In this document: one piece after another, positions 40,590 to 54,916 of the stretch
How positions within the stretch are numbered: position 1 is the first letter of the stretch
How the letters are laid out: each line of letters begins with the position of its first letter
DNA from: Eledone cirrhosa
Taxonomy: Eukaryota
Assembly: GCA_964016885.1 (NCBI GenBank)
Contig: OZ024741.1
Span: 186,186,001-186,250,000, forward strand
Direction: 5' to 3'
DNA: 64,000 nt
Translations under genes and position numbers: made by a program
Notes under the pieces: generated by a model
Seen by the model: the letters and a program-made list of their open reading frames with translations, nothing else
Told to the model about the DNA's origin: nothing
Databases searched by the model: none

Positions 40590-41912
40590 ATAAAAGTTTC
40601 GACTTTTGGCACAAGACCAACAATTAACTCAGTGCATTACTGGTGCTTTATTTTCTCGATCCGGTGAGGATCAAAGGCAAAGTTAACCTCTGCGGGATTT
40701 GAACTCAGAACGTTAAACGGCCATAACTCTATGCTGCAAAGCATGGTGTCTGACGCTCAACCGATACTGCCAAACCATATAAATTTGCCTTATGAAAGGC
40801 AAATTTACCCTCGACGGGATTTGAACTCAGAACATAAAGGGTCGCAACTCTATGTTGTAAAGCATGGCGTCTGACGCTCATCCAATACTGCCAATTTAAA
40901 TCATCTTGATATAATAAAGTAAGGAGTGCGGGACTGTGTCCTGAATATATTTTTTAATCCCGTTAGTAAAATAAGTTGGATTACTTTGAATAATATAATA
41001 TAACATATTTTATGTTCTAAATTTCGTAGCTGTTGATTAAACATAAATATTCTTAAATATTCTTATATATGATTGCTTATTTTAAGATTCACTTCTTTAA
41101 AATTTTCACCGTAATGCAGTTTACATATAATATCATCTTTTTTTAATGTACCATAGATTTCGTTACTGATTATAGAAGACATTGTAACACAGCCTCTCTT
41201 CAATTTTTGTGCATATTGTCAATTACGATTTTATATGATGTATCATATCTACATGCATGTATATTTGCATATAATATCAATATGCACACAACACAAGCCA
41301 GCAGAAATCCACCCGAAGGGTGGTTTTTCTGCTAATAATAATAATTGTTTCTACTTTTTGCACAAGGCCGACAATTAAACAGTGTATTACTGGTACTTTA
41401 TTTTATCGACCCCGTAAGGATGAAAGGCAAAGTGAACCTCGGCGTTTTTTGAACTCAGACCGTAAGGGGATGTAACTCTATGCTACAAAGCATGGTGTCT
41501 GACGCTCCTCCGATACTGCCAATTCAAATAATAATTGTTTCTACGTTAGGCACAAGGCCAGCAATTAACCAATGTATTACTGGTACTTTATTCTATCGAC
41601 CCCGTAAGGATGAAATGCAAAGTTAACCTCGGCGGGATTTGAACTCAGAATAGCAAGGGTCGTAACTCTATGCGTCAAAGCATGGCGTCCGACCCTCTAC
41701 CAATACTGCCAAACCACCGCCCTCAAAAAATTCGCCCAACATGGGGTTCGAACCCACGACCCCGAGATTAAGAGTCTCGTGCTCTACCGACTGAGCTAGC
41801 CAGGCAGTTTCAAATAATAATTGTTTCTACTTTATGCACAAGGCCAGCAATAACCCAGTGTATTACTGGTACTTTCTTTTATCGACCCCGTAAGTATGAA
41901 AGGCAAAGTCAA
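40590..41912 (-). mobile_element. SINE cluster (five copies) surrounding the tRNA gene
   Basis: Main SINE at ~40590-40780, ~40790-40895, ~41340-41525, ~41528-41722, ~41815-41912. Confidence 0.85.
41733..41805 (-). tRNA. trnK-CTT: tRNA-Lys (CTT)
   Basis: GCCTGGCTAGCTCAGTCGGTAGAGCACGAGACTCTTAATCTCGGGGTCGTGGGTTCGAACCCCATGTTGGGCG; 73 nt cloverleaf, anticodon stem CGAGA/TCTCG, followed by T6 Pol III terminator. Confidence 0.92.
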
Positions 41913-41989
41913 ATATTGATAATTTACATCAGCACCGTCATCATTATCTCATTGGTTGTCACTATCATCTTCAGCATCCTTATTCTCAT

Positions 41990-42620
41990 CAACTATCGTT
42001 AGCATCATCATCATCATCATCATCGTTATCATCATTACCATCATTATCGTTATCATCAACATAATCATCATCATCATTCCCATCATCATCATTATCATCA
42101 TCATCATCGTTATCATCACCATCATCATAATTATCAACGTCATCGTTATCACCGTCATTATCATCATCATCATCATCATCATCATCGTCATCGTCGTCAT
42201 CATCATCATTATCATCTTCTTTGTCGTCACCGTTGTCATCATCATCATCATCACCATCTTCTTTGTCGTCACCGTTGTCATCATCATCATCATCACCACC
42301 ATCTTCTTTGTCGTCGCCGCCATCATCATCATCACAATCTTCTTTGTCGTCACCGCTGTCGTCATCATCATCATCACCATCTTCTTTGTCATCACCGCCG
42401 GCATCATCATCATCATCACCACCATCTTCTTTGTCGTCACCGTTGTCATCATCATCATCACCACCATCTTCTTTGTCGTCGCCGCCATCATCATCATCAC
42501 CATCTTCTTTGTCGTCGCCGCCATCATCATCATCACAATCTTCTTTGTCTTCGCCGCCGGCATCATCATCATCATCATCACCATCTTCTTTGTCGTCACC
42601 GCTGTCGTCATCATCATCAT
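41990..42620. repeat. (ATC)n microsatellite grading into a minisatellite (catcttctttgtcgtcaccg...)
   Basis: About 11 units of catcttctttgtc separated by variable ATC runs. Confidence 0.95.
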
Positions 42621-42801
42621 TTTTACATCCAATTTGTCAGACTGCCATAGGAATGAGGTGATAATTTCAGAGAATGTTTCACACCAGAATAGACTTACTT
42701 CTTGACGCCATTCATTTATGTCACCACATACAACACGCAGGGATACAGAGCACGTGTTATAAAAGTCGCGATACGTTTGGCAGTACATTTATATATGTAT
42801 G

Positions 42802-42939
<138 letters not shown>

Positions 42940-42998
42940 GTTGATTTAAAACTGCACTATCCACAAGTGTTTTTTAGCCTTCATATCATGTCGTCCTG

Positions 42999-43065
42999 TT
43001 TTATCTGATGAAAACACAAATATTATTGCATGATGATGTTTGTTTTTGAAATGCGCATAATAAAA
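42999..43065 (+). ncRNA. Type I hammerhead ribozyme motif in a ~160 bp insert between (TA)n tracts
   Basis: TTTTAT-CTGATGA-16 bp imperfect stem II-GAAA-TGCGCA-TA|ATAAAA. Confidence 0.82.
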
Positions 43066-43119
43066 TACATGGAACTCCTTTAACCATCTTTTGATCTCAT
43101 ATATATATATATATATATA

Positions 43120-43862
43120 CTCTGATATAACACCTGCAACCCTGATGGTATCCAATGATGTTGACTTGTTCTTCTTTTTGGTAAATATCATCTTGGTTAA
43201 GAGAGTGGGACTGGCAATGTTTCTTGGTGAGGAAGGTGTATGTATATATATATGTCAGGTCACCAGTTGGTGCTACTGGTAACATGTATCCCAGCACAAC
43301 CTGTCTCATGGTCGGGTCGTTGGCGACTAAACTGGCAACCCCACCAAGGTTTCTTGGTGAGGAGGGTGACTTTGGACATCCTGCAGGACTAAAAACAAAG
43401 AGTGTCAAAGGGCAAAGGAGCTCTTAAAAGTCAATGACCATCCAAAATCACTGGGAGAGATGACCCCTTAGCCTTTGTCAAGGCATAATTCTAGGAGAAG
43501 GAACACTCTGATATAACACCTGCAACTCTGATGGTATCCAATGATGTTGACTTGTTCTTCTTTTTGATAAATATCATCTTGGTTAAGAGAGTGGGACTAG
43601 TTTTGTGCAGTGCCTTTGCTCACTATAGAAGCTTCACGGCACAGGCATTGCTTTATATCTGGAGATCTCTCTGCACTTGTCGTCACATGGTACCATGGGC
43701 CCAGCACTATGTGTCAATAATTGTCACACGTGTAGTGTTTGTACCAGAGTTTTCAAGTCGCTGGCTGGACTAAAAATCACACTTGTTCAGCGCATCGGTA
43801 GGGGTTCTCCTACATGGATATAAAGTAGTGGTCGTACTCGAAAACGAGTTGGCAGCCACCAT
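43120..43862 (-). mobile_element. Repeat fragment with internal direct duplication; probable 5' region of a LINE
   Basis: 43120-43210 repeated at 43507-43598; 43745-43862 matches the insert just upstream of the R4/Dong-type copy (30835-30955). Confidence 0.5.
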
Positions 43863-43866
43863 ATAT

Positions 43867-43916
<50 letters not shown>

Positions 43917-43921
<5 letters not shown>

Positions 43922-44775
43922 GAAGAGAGAAGAAACATTTAGATATAATTAGTAATAAAATGTATCATACCTAAACTGCTCCTAGATTCCTCGACTACGT
44001 AGTTTCGTGGCATAAACAAAAACAATACATCATAAAGATATAGAGCCCTTGCGAGGTCTGCCGACTTATCAAGAGGATACCTCATTTTACTAGCCTCAAG
44101 AACGCGTCCACACGACGGTTGGGTGTGGATGCATTCATGTATATGTGTGTGTCCGCATGTATCTGTGTGTTTCTAAATATATTGTTAATAACTCCCTCTG
44201 GTTGAGTAATCTTTGAAGTGTGGTGACTGCTGGAAAGCTGCCATTACTCATACTTCTCGCCTCCTTCACCACCTCTTCTACGGCTTCGATATAAATACCC
44301 CCTCCGCCTCCGTGGTATTTTCTTCGGGGTTATAAGAGGCTTAGCTCTGTTTCTCGACCGTTATATCGCGTGACTATCTCCCCCTCCGCCTTTTGGGATT
44401 CTTTCTCACGTCGTGTGGACGCGTTCTTGAGGCTAGTAAAATGAGGTATCCTCTTGATAAGTCGGCAGACCTCGCAAGGACTCTATATCTTTATGATGTA
44501 TTGTTTTTGTTTATGCCACAAAACTACGTAGTCGAGGAATCTAGGAGCAGTTTAGGTATGATACATTTTATTACTAATTATATCTAAATGTTTCTTCTCT
44601 CTTCATAATGTATTTTTAACTCTGATAGTGGTTCAGTCTAGTTCAACCGGATTGGTCTGTCCCAGTCATTCATTGAGCAACATCGGTGAGGTTGGCACCC
44701 TTAACTCACGGTTGGGTGTGGATGCATTCATGTATATGTGTGTGTCTGCATGTATCTGTGTGTTTCTAAATATAT
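43917..44775 (+). mobile_element. Family G: ~593 nt non-coding terminally redundant unit plus ~200 bp inverted arm (retrozyme-like)
   Basis: Direct repeat acggttggg..ctaaatatatt at 44115 and 44708; arm 43917-44116 is the reverse complement of ~44410-44610; (TA)n on both sides; second copy 62202-63230. Confidence 0.85.
43988..44077 (-). ncRNA. Type I hammerhead motif with U3-A8 core (family G; + copy 44449-44538 has GAAA mutated)
   Basis: TCCTC-TTGATAA-GT(C)GGCA long loop TGCCAC-GAAA-CTACGTAG-TC|GAGGA. Confidence 0.7.
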
Positions 44776-45127
44776 TATATATATATATATATATATAGCA
44801 ATTTCTCTCTTTCTCACATTGCATTCGTTCGCGAAAGGTCTTTTTTCTAAGCGCTCATATATTCACCTGGCTTATGCTAACAGAATAACTATGAAGCTTG
44901 TTTCCTTCCTTCTACGGTTAGCTCTACTCTTTGTTGTTTTCCTGTCTCACTCGCCTTACGCGTTTTAATTGTCCTAATAACTTAATTTAGTTATTATTGC
45001 ACCGACGTGAGGTATATGATTTTTAATGCAATGAAATGTCTATGATCGTCGGCAAATCACTGATGAGGGACTTATTTTATTACATGTTATCCATGTGCTA
45101 CCAGCAGTATTTTTCTCCCCATTTTAT

Positions 45128-45196
<69 letters not shown>

Positions 45197-45200
<4 letters not shown>

Positions 45201-47020
45201 TTGCGAGGTTTTTTATATGGAATCGTGTGTCGAAACAAATATTGTTATATTTAGGAGGGTCATATGTGTGTAATATTGCCAGAATTAATAACAGAACACA
45301 CTCACTGTTTGGTTGGTTTTCGCTTCTCGCTTCTGTGTCTTCTATATCGGTAATCAAATTCATTCGGTCCTCAATGTTGCCATTGACTGACCAACGGTCA
45401 AAAATAATACAGATACAATATAGACACAAACACATATATATAGTTTATCATAAATCTTTCGTTGCAAATCTGCAACATGGTCAGTGGTGCTATAGATTAC
45501 TACCGTTGCATTGTATTTCTACGCCATCTTTATTTAGTCTGTTTATATATTTATTTATTTATTTGTTTGCTTGTTTATTTTATTTTGTCTTCTTTGCGCA
45601 TGCGTTTGTGTGTGTGTATAGTGTTTTGTTTGATGTGTGTTCGTGATTGGGTGACTGTGTATTGGTGAATGTGTTCTATGTTTACTAGTGTGTGTTTATA
45701 TGTGTTTGTTGTTATTGTGCTTGTGTATGTATTTATTTATTTATTTATTTATCTATTTATTTATTTATTTATACTTCTCTTAGGTCAGTGTTGTTTGTTT
45801 GGGTGTTGTTGTTATTCCATTCATTCTTTCTGTTTAGTCTTGGCCTTCTAAGTTCTATTTCACTGGCCTCTCTGATTTGCCTATCTGCTGGGTCATTTCT
45901 ATGTTTAGATATTATTCTAATTTCTATATTGTCTATGTTACCGTCATGTTGTTGTCTGGCATGTTCGTATAGTACTGACCCGTTTTTTCGTCCTTTTAGT
46001 TCCCCCAGTGTTGGTCTATCCTTTCACCTATGCTACGAGCTGTTTCGCCTATGTGTGTTGTCGTCATGTTTCTGCAAGTACCATCTGTACATCTTATGCT
46101 ATAGACTACGTTTCTAGTTTTACAGTTTATCCGGGGGTTTACCTTACATATGATACATTTCCTATTAATACAGTGGGTTTTCTTAAAAGGGTAGGTTTTG
46201 CTGATCAGGGATTTTATGGTGGTTCCTGGCTTTTCTACCACCTTAATCTTTAAGTGTGTCATTCTCAGGGCCTTTCTACACTGGCTAGCTAATTTCCCTC
46301 CAGGGGTAGCATCCACAAACATGACACTCTGGTATCTCTGGTTGTCGTACCATCAGGTGGCTTTCCCTATCTTATGTCTAGCCCTATCTAAGCTATTCCA
46401 GGATTTGCTACTGTATAATGGGCAAATTCCTTTCATGTCCAGTTCTATGAGGGTCTTATACTTCTCCATGGCTCCTTCGTATACTCTGGCTCTGTCTCTT
46501 TGGTTGTAGCCAGAGAACTGCATGCGGTTGATGAAGTGTTGGATGTGTCTTTCCATTTCTGTTGGGTCGCACAAGCGGGACACATTCTTCATCACTCGTA
46601 CCAAATCTGCGATCTGAATATTAAACTTAGCACTACTGGACATTGCTGAGTTTTTGAGTATCAGGTATTTGGAGGCCATGGGTTTAGCATAGTGTGAGTG
46701 GAGAATTTCGGCTCTCTCGTCTATAGTGTTAATCCAGAGTTCCGTGTCTAATACAGGTAATCTATTGTTAGGGTGTTTGGAAGGGTAATCGATAGTTACA
46801 GTTATACTCTGGTGTATGGAATTAGCTATCTGCTGGATGCGTCTAACAATGGCATACCACCCTCGTATGGGCTCCGCAAAGACCCCAAGACAGTCGACGA
46901 CCCGACAACAGGACCACCAACAGGACCCGTATGCGGAGCTAATATAGCTAGCAACTACAGGATGTCCTACTTCCTCTCAATGGTTATACGCCCCATAATC
47001 AAGATGTCCCCCAGATGTAT
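45197..47020 (-). mobile_element. Penelope-like retroelement, Naiad-type RT plus GIY-YIG, 5'-truncated with an inverted RT piece (46845-47015 on +)
   Basis: Minus strand: [79 protein letters not shown], then after a frameshift SVLYEHA..RQIREA..LNRKNEW; + strand [17 protein letters not shown]; (TA)n flanks. Confidence 0.9.
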
Positions 47021-47036
47021 GTCTCTCACACACACA

Positions 47037-47087
<51 letters not shown>

Positions 47088-47091
47088 TGTA

Positions 47092-47203
<112 letters not shown>

Positions 47204-47206
47204 TAC

Positions 47207-47251
<45 letters not shown>

Positions 47252-47268
47252 CATATATACATATATAC

Positions 47269-47323
<55 letters not shown>

Positions 47324-47387
47324 TGTATATATGTATATATGTATATATATATATGTGTATATATATATATATAGAGAGAGAGAGAGA

Positions 47388-47553
47388 ATTCACAAGAATC
47401 AAAGCTATGTTCAAATCATTTATTCACTCACAATTGTTTCATCCAAACCTATGTACAAGCATTGAAAAATGCTCCGAAGACACCAATCTTAGGTTTGGAT
47501 GAAACAATTGTAAGTGAATAAATGCTTTGAACATAGCTTTGATTCTTGTGAAT
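47388..47553. mobile_element. Fold-back element with degenerate hammerhead at the turn
   Basis: Arms ~47388-47452 / ~47490-47553; CCGAAGA...GAAA-CAATTG-TA at 47474-47512. Confidence 0.7.
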
Positions 47554-47576
47554 TCTCTCTCTCTCTATATATATAT

Positions 47577-47740
47577 AGTTGCCCCCAGTATTCGCTGGGG
47601 TTATGTTCCTAGAGCACCCGCTAAGAATGAAAAACCGTGAAAGTTGGACATGGTCCAGAAACATGCCTATAAATCTCAAAACATCAAGAAAAACATTGGT
47701 CTTATACGAAGGGGCGTCCAATAGGACGGCAAATACAAAT
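47577..47740 (+). mobile_element. pogo/Tigger-like DNA transposon end
   Basis: TA|(C)AGTTGCCCCCAGTATTCGCTGGGGTTATGTTCC resembles Tigger/MER2-type termini (from memory). Confidence 0.45.
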
Positions 47741-48180
47741 GTCTTTCATCAGTATATATATTTATATATATACATGGGGGGGGGGGGGTTGTGTGCTTGT
47801 ATGCGTGTGTAGATATACACATACAAAACGAATACGTACATGTATAAATATATACATGCACACAGAAATCAATATATGCACACATGAACGCATGCATGTG
47901 TGTATGTATCCATGCATGCATAGATAAAAACACATACATACATATCCATGTTTATGTGTGTATTATGTATGGATCGACGTGTCTAACTGTGTCTTATAGA
48001 GTGCAGATAATTTCCGTGCACGCTTTTTTATATACAGAGAGATAAAAGTAGCTATGCCTGTGTAGGATGTTACTTTTTTGTGAATATATATATGTATACA
48101 CCCAAACCCACACCCACACACATATATATATATATATGCACAAACACATACATATATAAATATATAGATAGATAGACAGA

Positions 48181-48368
48181 TTTTAATATAGAAGAGCTTC
48201 TACAGGACTAGAACTGTTTCATTCCCGAGAAATCATCAGGAAGCCCCTGATGATTTCTCACGAATGAAACAGTCCTAGTCGTGTAGAAGCTCTTCTATAT
48301 TAAAACTTTTACACTCTGCTATGTATGGAATACCCTACTGTGGTTACCTCCGATTCAACCCGGATTAA

Positions 48369-48370
<2 letters not shown>
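48181..48370. mobile_element. Family B fold-back element
   Basis: Palindrome centred on tcatcagg-aagcc-cctgatga with the same tail as 7005. Confidence 0.8.
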
Positions 48371-48399
<29 letters not shown>

Positions 48400-48402
<3 letters not shown>

Positions 48403-49260
48403 AGTATGTATGTATATATACGTACATACATATATGTATACAGACGTACAGTAGTATGTATATATATATATACATGCACACATATATATGCACGTTACCG
48501 AACATTTATTATAATGCTCAGTTTGTTTGTTTGTAAACAAACAAACAACCCGAATTACGCTGTACAGTGTTTGGGCAACCACGTCACCTTTTTGTTCAAC
48601 ACTGACACAGGAACGATGTACTAGTTTCAAGCTTATTAGCTATCGTTAGCATCGTATACCTTCCTGCCAGATGGTTGAACGTCTGAAAGTATATACTTTC
48701 CTTATGCATATTAACGGATGAGCAGCCTAATTTGCATATCCAGTGAGTTCAGTGGGCTGGGCACAACGAACACGATAAATGGAATAGAATGAAACGAAAT
48801 TTCATTTCTCACTCTTATACGGCATTTACTTAAATGTAAGTATGTATGTATGTATACGTACATACATATATGTATACAGACGTACAGTAGAATGTATATA
48901 TATACATACATGCACACATATATATATGCACGTATCGGTTTACCGAACATGTATTATAATGCTCGGTTTGTTTGTTTGTAAACAAACAAATAGCTGACGA
49001 TAGCTAATAAGCTTGAAACTAGTACGTCGTTCCTGTGTCAGTGTTGAACAAAAAGGTGACGTGGTTGCCTAAACACTGTAATAAATGTTCGGTAAACCGA
49101 TACGTGCATATATATATGTGTGCATGTATGTATATATATACATACTACTGTACGTCTGTATACATATATGTATGTACGTAAACATACATACATACTTACA
49201 TTTAAGTAAGAGCCGTACTAAGAGTGAGAAATGAAATTTCGTTTCATTCTATTCCATTTA
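48400..49260. mobile_element. Family F copy: ~1.3 units on minus plus an inverted arm starting at the hammerhead core
   Basis: Repeat at ~48400 and ~48836; HHR-like at 48613-48655 (-, CTAACGA) and 48994-49030 (+, CTGACGA..GAAACTAGTA). Confidence 0.8.
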
Positions 49261-49662
49261 TATATATTTGCATTTACATATGTACATATTCATACAGATA
49301 TATGTTTATGAATATGTCTAAGTAGGTCTTCCGTAAATGTGGGCTTATTTCTTTCTGTTTGTTTGATATTTTATTTAATGCATGTCACTTTATGTATGTG
49401 AGAATGGTTGTTTTGTAAGTAAAAACAATGTTCAATGGTGTCAATGCCCTATGTGTCGAACTTGAATATATTAAAATAAAAGATGGAAATAAGTTTGTGC
49501 AACTCATCGCGGAGAGTGGAATTATACTACTACAACCAATATGTTTAATAAGTGTGTTATTTGTTATGTTTGTGGTTAAACGGTTACGTGAATCCATATG
49601 GTCCGCTAAAGGTATGCTTTCTGATCTAACACGAGGAATGTTTATGCATGCAATTACACACT

Positions 49663-49734
<72 letters not shown>

Positions 49735-49808
49735 ACGCACATATATATATATATATATATGCTCAATGATATTAAAATAAATGGAAAGTATATTTATAAA
49801 ACCATATT

Positions 49809-49870
49809 TATTCTATTATATATATTTCAAGGGTACCAACATTTTAGTACGCTTTCATCAGATAACATAC
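49809..49870 (-). ncRNA. Type I hammerhead motif (family D)
   Basis: TAT-CTGATGA-AAG.GTAC..GTAC.CTT-GAAA-TATATA-TA|ATA. Confidence 0.7.
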
Positions 49871-50591
49871 GAAGTGTGTTTTATAAATTTTGACATAACC
49901 AAGAAAAATACCTTAACGGTTCAAGTTTTCCTTGGATACTGAAGGGATAAGAGAAGAAAAGTCAGATATTTCAAATTATTAAGATTAGTATGCAAATGAG
50001 GTTGGTTGAGGTATATATATATATATATATAATGTGTGTGTGTGTGTGCGTGCGTATGTGTGTAGGTGTTTGCGTGTGATTGTATATATACACATATACA
50101 CAAGTAGAGATATGCACGCACCCACATTCATGGATTCACACGTATGCCCACACAGACACACTCCCATAGACACACAGAGACGCACATACACTCACACATA
50201 CATACTTATATATGTATATATATGTGAGAAAAACCTCAAACCCTCCATCTCAATTCTACTTTTGAAAAGCACAAGAACTGCGCAACCGGTAAAGGAACCA
50301 AATAAATATATTAAAAAAAAAAAAAAACTCCAGTTGCATTTTCGATTTCATCTTTTTTCCTTATACATTCACTCGTGTAGGGCACCTCGGTTTTTTTCAT
50401 TTTGTAAAAAAACGTCACTTTTTAATATATATATATATATATATTTTTTTTTTCTTTGTTTTTTCTAACTGAGCTTAACACTATAACTAATAAAATAATT
50501 ATAAACATCTCACTATCCAGACAGCCTCCAAAAATAATGGTCGCTTCTAATAGGGTACGTCAAAATTATTTATAAAACTGTTTATATATTG

Positions 50592-50656
50592 TATTTTATC
50601 TGACGAAGACATGCCATATTTTAATTTGGCATCCCTGAAATATGTATAATAAAATA
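50592..50656 (+). ncRNA. Type I hammerhead motif (family D)
   Basis: TATTTTAT-CTGACGA-AG..ATGCCA loop TGGCAT..CT-GAAA-TATGTA-TA|ATAAAATA. Confidence 0.78.
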
Positions 50657-50784
50657 AATATGGTTTTATAAATATAGTTTCCATTTATTTAATATCGTAT
50701 CTCTACTCCAAAAACTTGTCAAGTGCTTTATATCAGTTATAAAATATTTACTTGTCGTATCCCAACAATTTTAAATAAAACTTT

Positions 50785-50877
<93 letters not shown>

Positions 50878-51188
50878 GAAATGAAATAGATGGATAGATA
50901 AACATTCAGATACTTCGATACATTATAAATATATTCCTCTTGGTTTAGTAGACTGGCTTTGTAGTTTGAAGAACTTAAACACACTTGATCGGAGCTTGTT
51001 TTATTTATTACAACTTTAAACTGTATGTTTTGTCAACTCATAATATTACATATGTGAGACGACAATAAGTGTATTTAGAATGGTAGAATGCTTGCCTGGG
51101 GTGCTTTAACTCAGATACATCATATTCAGAAATATTTCATCCAATTGTCAGCCAACTATGAAATCATCCAACTAGTGGTACTACATAG

Positions 51189-52106
<918 letters not shown>

Positions 52107-52626
52107 TAGAAATATAAATGAACTCCTTCTCAAATCACATAGTAAACGTCCAACAAAAATATTGTCCCAAATCACTTTTCTTTATTCACATGTAATTGGA
52201 GGGTGGTTTAACTGTCACCGATTACATAACCACGTAGAGGACGTCATTCACTTGTTTCAAGAAATGTGTTGTTGGTATTCATTTTGTTATTGTTGTGTAA
52301 CTCTGAGTCCGTTTTGATCTTGAAGACCTATGGTTAAAAGCATTCCAGTTGCGAGCGGTTTATATACCTACATATATGCATATATATATATATATATATA
52401 CATATATGAAAAAACACAGACCCTCCATCTCAACTGTACTTTTGAACAGCAGAAGAACTGCGAAACCGGTAAAGGAACTAAATAAATATATATATTTTTT
52501 TTTAAATAAGACTCCAGTTGCATTTTCGATTTCATCTTTTTTTATTTATACTTTCACTCGTGTAGGACACCTCGGTTATTTTTCATTTTGTAAAAAAAAC
52601 CTCACTTTCTAATATATATATACCTA

Positions 52627-53109
52627 CTAGTTGAGGTACCCGGTTTCGCCCGGGAGAACAGAGAAAACGACTGTATTGGATGTGTTGTCTGGTATGAGGT
52701 GAGACCGTAATGTGTGTGTGAGTGTGTGTGAGAGAGACAAAAAAGAAAACAACCATAAAACTTCCTTATTAGGCTGTGGGAGTAAACTGCCAATTAAATT
52801 GTAACGTTGGCCTTGGATTTTAAAAGTTGTGAAATAACCATAGTCAGTATGATCTTTTCAGCTCTAAAGACGTCATCTTAAACACAACAATATACCGCAT
52901 AACATTGCTTCTGAAGTGTTGCTTCGTTAGTACGGTCTGTAAGTAGTATATGGATAAAAGCTGGAGGATAGATTAATTTCAAATAGTGTCAATGCTTCTT
53001 TGTTCTGTAAAATCAGAAACTGAAACGACTTTATAAAAGCCATGTGTACACCTTCCTATAGATCAGAGGACTTATATTTTAAGCCGTTTCTACACTTTCT
53101 GAGACGTTA

Positions 53110-53180
<71 letters not shown>

Positions 53181-53300
53181 CATCTATCTCCCTCTATCTC
53201 CCTCCCTCTCTGAATATCTAGCACTTTCATTGTATCTATCTCTGTTTTCGTGTGATTCAACCAACCAACCAATAAACATTTTTCTTTTATATTATATATA
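52627..53300 (-). mobile_element. Non-autonomous Helitron
   Basis: Minus strand ends CCCGGGCGAAACCGGGTACCTCAACTAG|T (hairpin plus CTAG); body is the reverse complement of 51189-52106; related 3' end at ~62043-62152. Confidence 0.75.
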
Positions 53301-53321
53301 TATATATATAAACATAAATAA

Positions 53322-53497
<176 letters not shown>

Positions 53498-53962
53498 ATA
53501 AAGTGTGCGTTTTTGCAGAGCTTTAGATGCTATATTTAACAGATTGAAATACCGGACATAATTATTTAACATTTATTAACCAGGTCAACGACCTAATAAT
53601 ATTCCAAAATAAAGAGCTATATTGTAAGGGACATAATTCGATGTTTGCATTTTCTTTTATTTAATTATTTATATTATTCATTTAAAAATACGGTGTAGTG
53701 CATTTTGTAATTTGGTTTTTCTGAAGGGTTCATCCCACATTATATGGTGTATTAAAATTATTTGCTTTTGTAATCTATTTTTTTTGCTTGTTACAGAATC
53801 ATTTACTTAGTATTGTTTTGATTGTTACTATTAGTTTCTGTGCAGTATGTTATGTTTCAGTGTTGGTAATGTGTTTCTCTATGGGTATTGATATCAGTTG
53901 TCCTTTGTGCATAACTTCATATAGCGTGCATTCTGTGTGTATGTTTATATATATATATATAA

Positions 53963-54049
<87 letters not shown>

Positions 54050-54296
54050 TGTGTGTGTGTCTGTGTGTGTTTGTGTGGTGTGTGTGTGTGTGTGTGCGTG
54101 CACGAGGGGAAGGCGTCTGTGTAAACCTGCATGGGTTAACAAACTCACTTTTGTCTGAATATATATGGTTGTGTATATGTATGTGTATATGTACGTATAT
54201 GTATGTGTATATATATATATGTATGTGTATGTATATGTATGTGTATATGTATGTGTATATATATATGCATGTGTATATGTATGTATGTGCGTATGC

Positions 54297-54406
<110 letters not shown>

Positions 54407-54481
54407 GAAAGTGTAGAAAATAGTGTGAGCGGGAGGCCAACAGTATTTCATAATATATAAGTGACTATAACGTCAAAATGG

Positions 54482-54529
<48 letters not shown>

Positions 54530-54916
54530 GAAATACAAGACCCGGCAAAGAGCGGAGGTACTCAACAGGATCAACGGCCATCCAAATAGTACTTTTTTTC
54601 CACCTGGGTGTAAAAGGCCCCCAGTTGTTGTCTAAACACCTTTCTAAGAAAGGGAAACTCTGAAAAAAACCTGCGGCTACGGAAGCATCCGATGATGTTG
54701 ACATGTACTCCTTTTCGCGTAGTGTTTTCGATGTTTGGAGAGTAGGATTGGTGGAGTGCAAGGCCTTTCCCCACTTAATAAACCTTCAAAACAAAGGCAT
54801 TGCTTGTTCAGGATCTGTTACAATACTCAGCAGAGTCTGCACCATCATATATATATATGTATATATATATATAGATAAATATACACGAGTGTGTATGATT
54901 GTGTATAGAAGATTAT

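Noticed and set aside
41949-42788. Met-rich 279 aa ORF (superficially reflectin-like)
   Set aside because: Derived from an (ATC)n minisatellite; lacks reflectin motifs and Tyr/Arg/Asp content
44393-44587. 64 aa ORF repeated at 62227 and 62845
   Set aside because: Conserved only because the copies are near-identical; starts at TTG and overlaps the ribozyme, with no recognisable domain
45059-45075. Isolated CTGATGA motifs (also ~22308, ~58278, ~54689 CCGATGA)
   Set aside because: No matching stem II, GAAA and stem I
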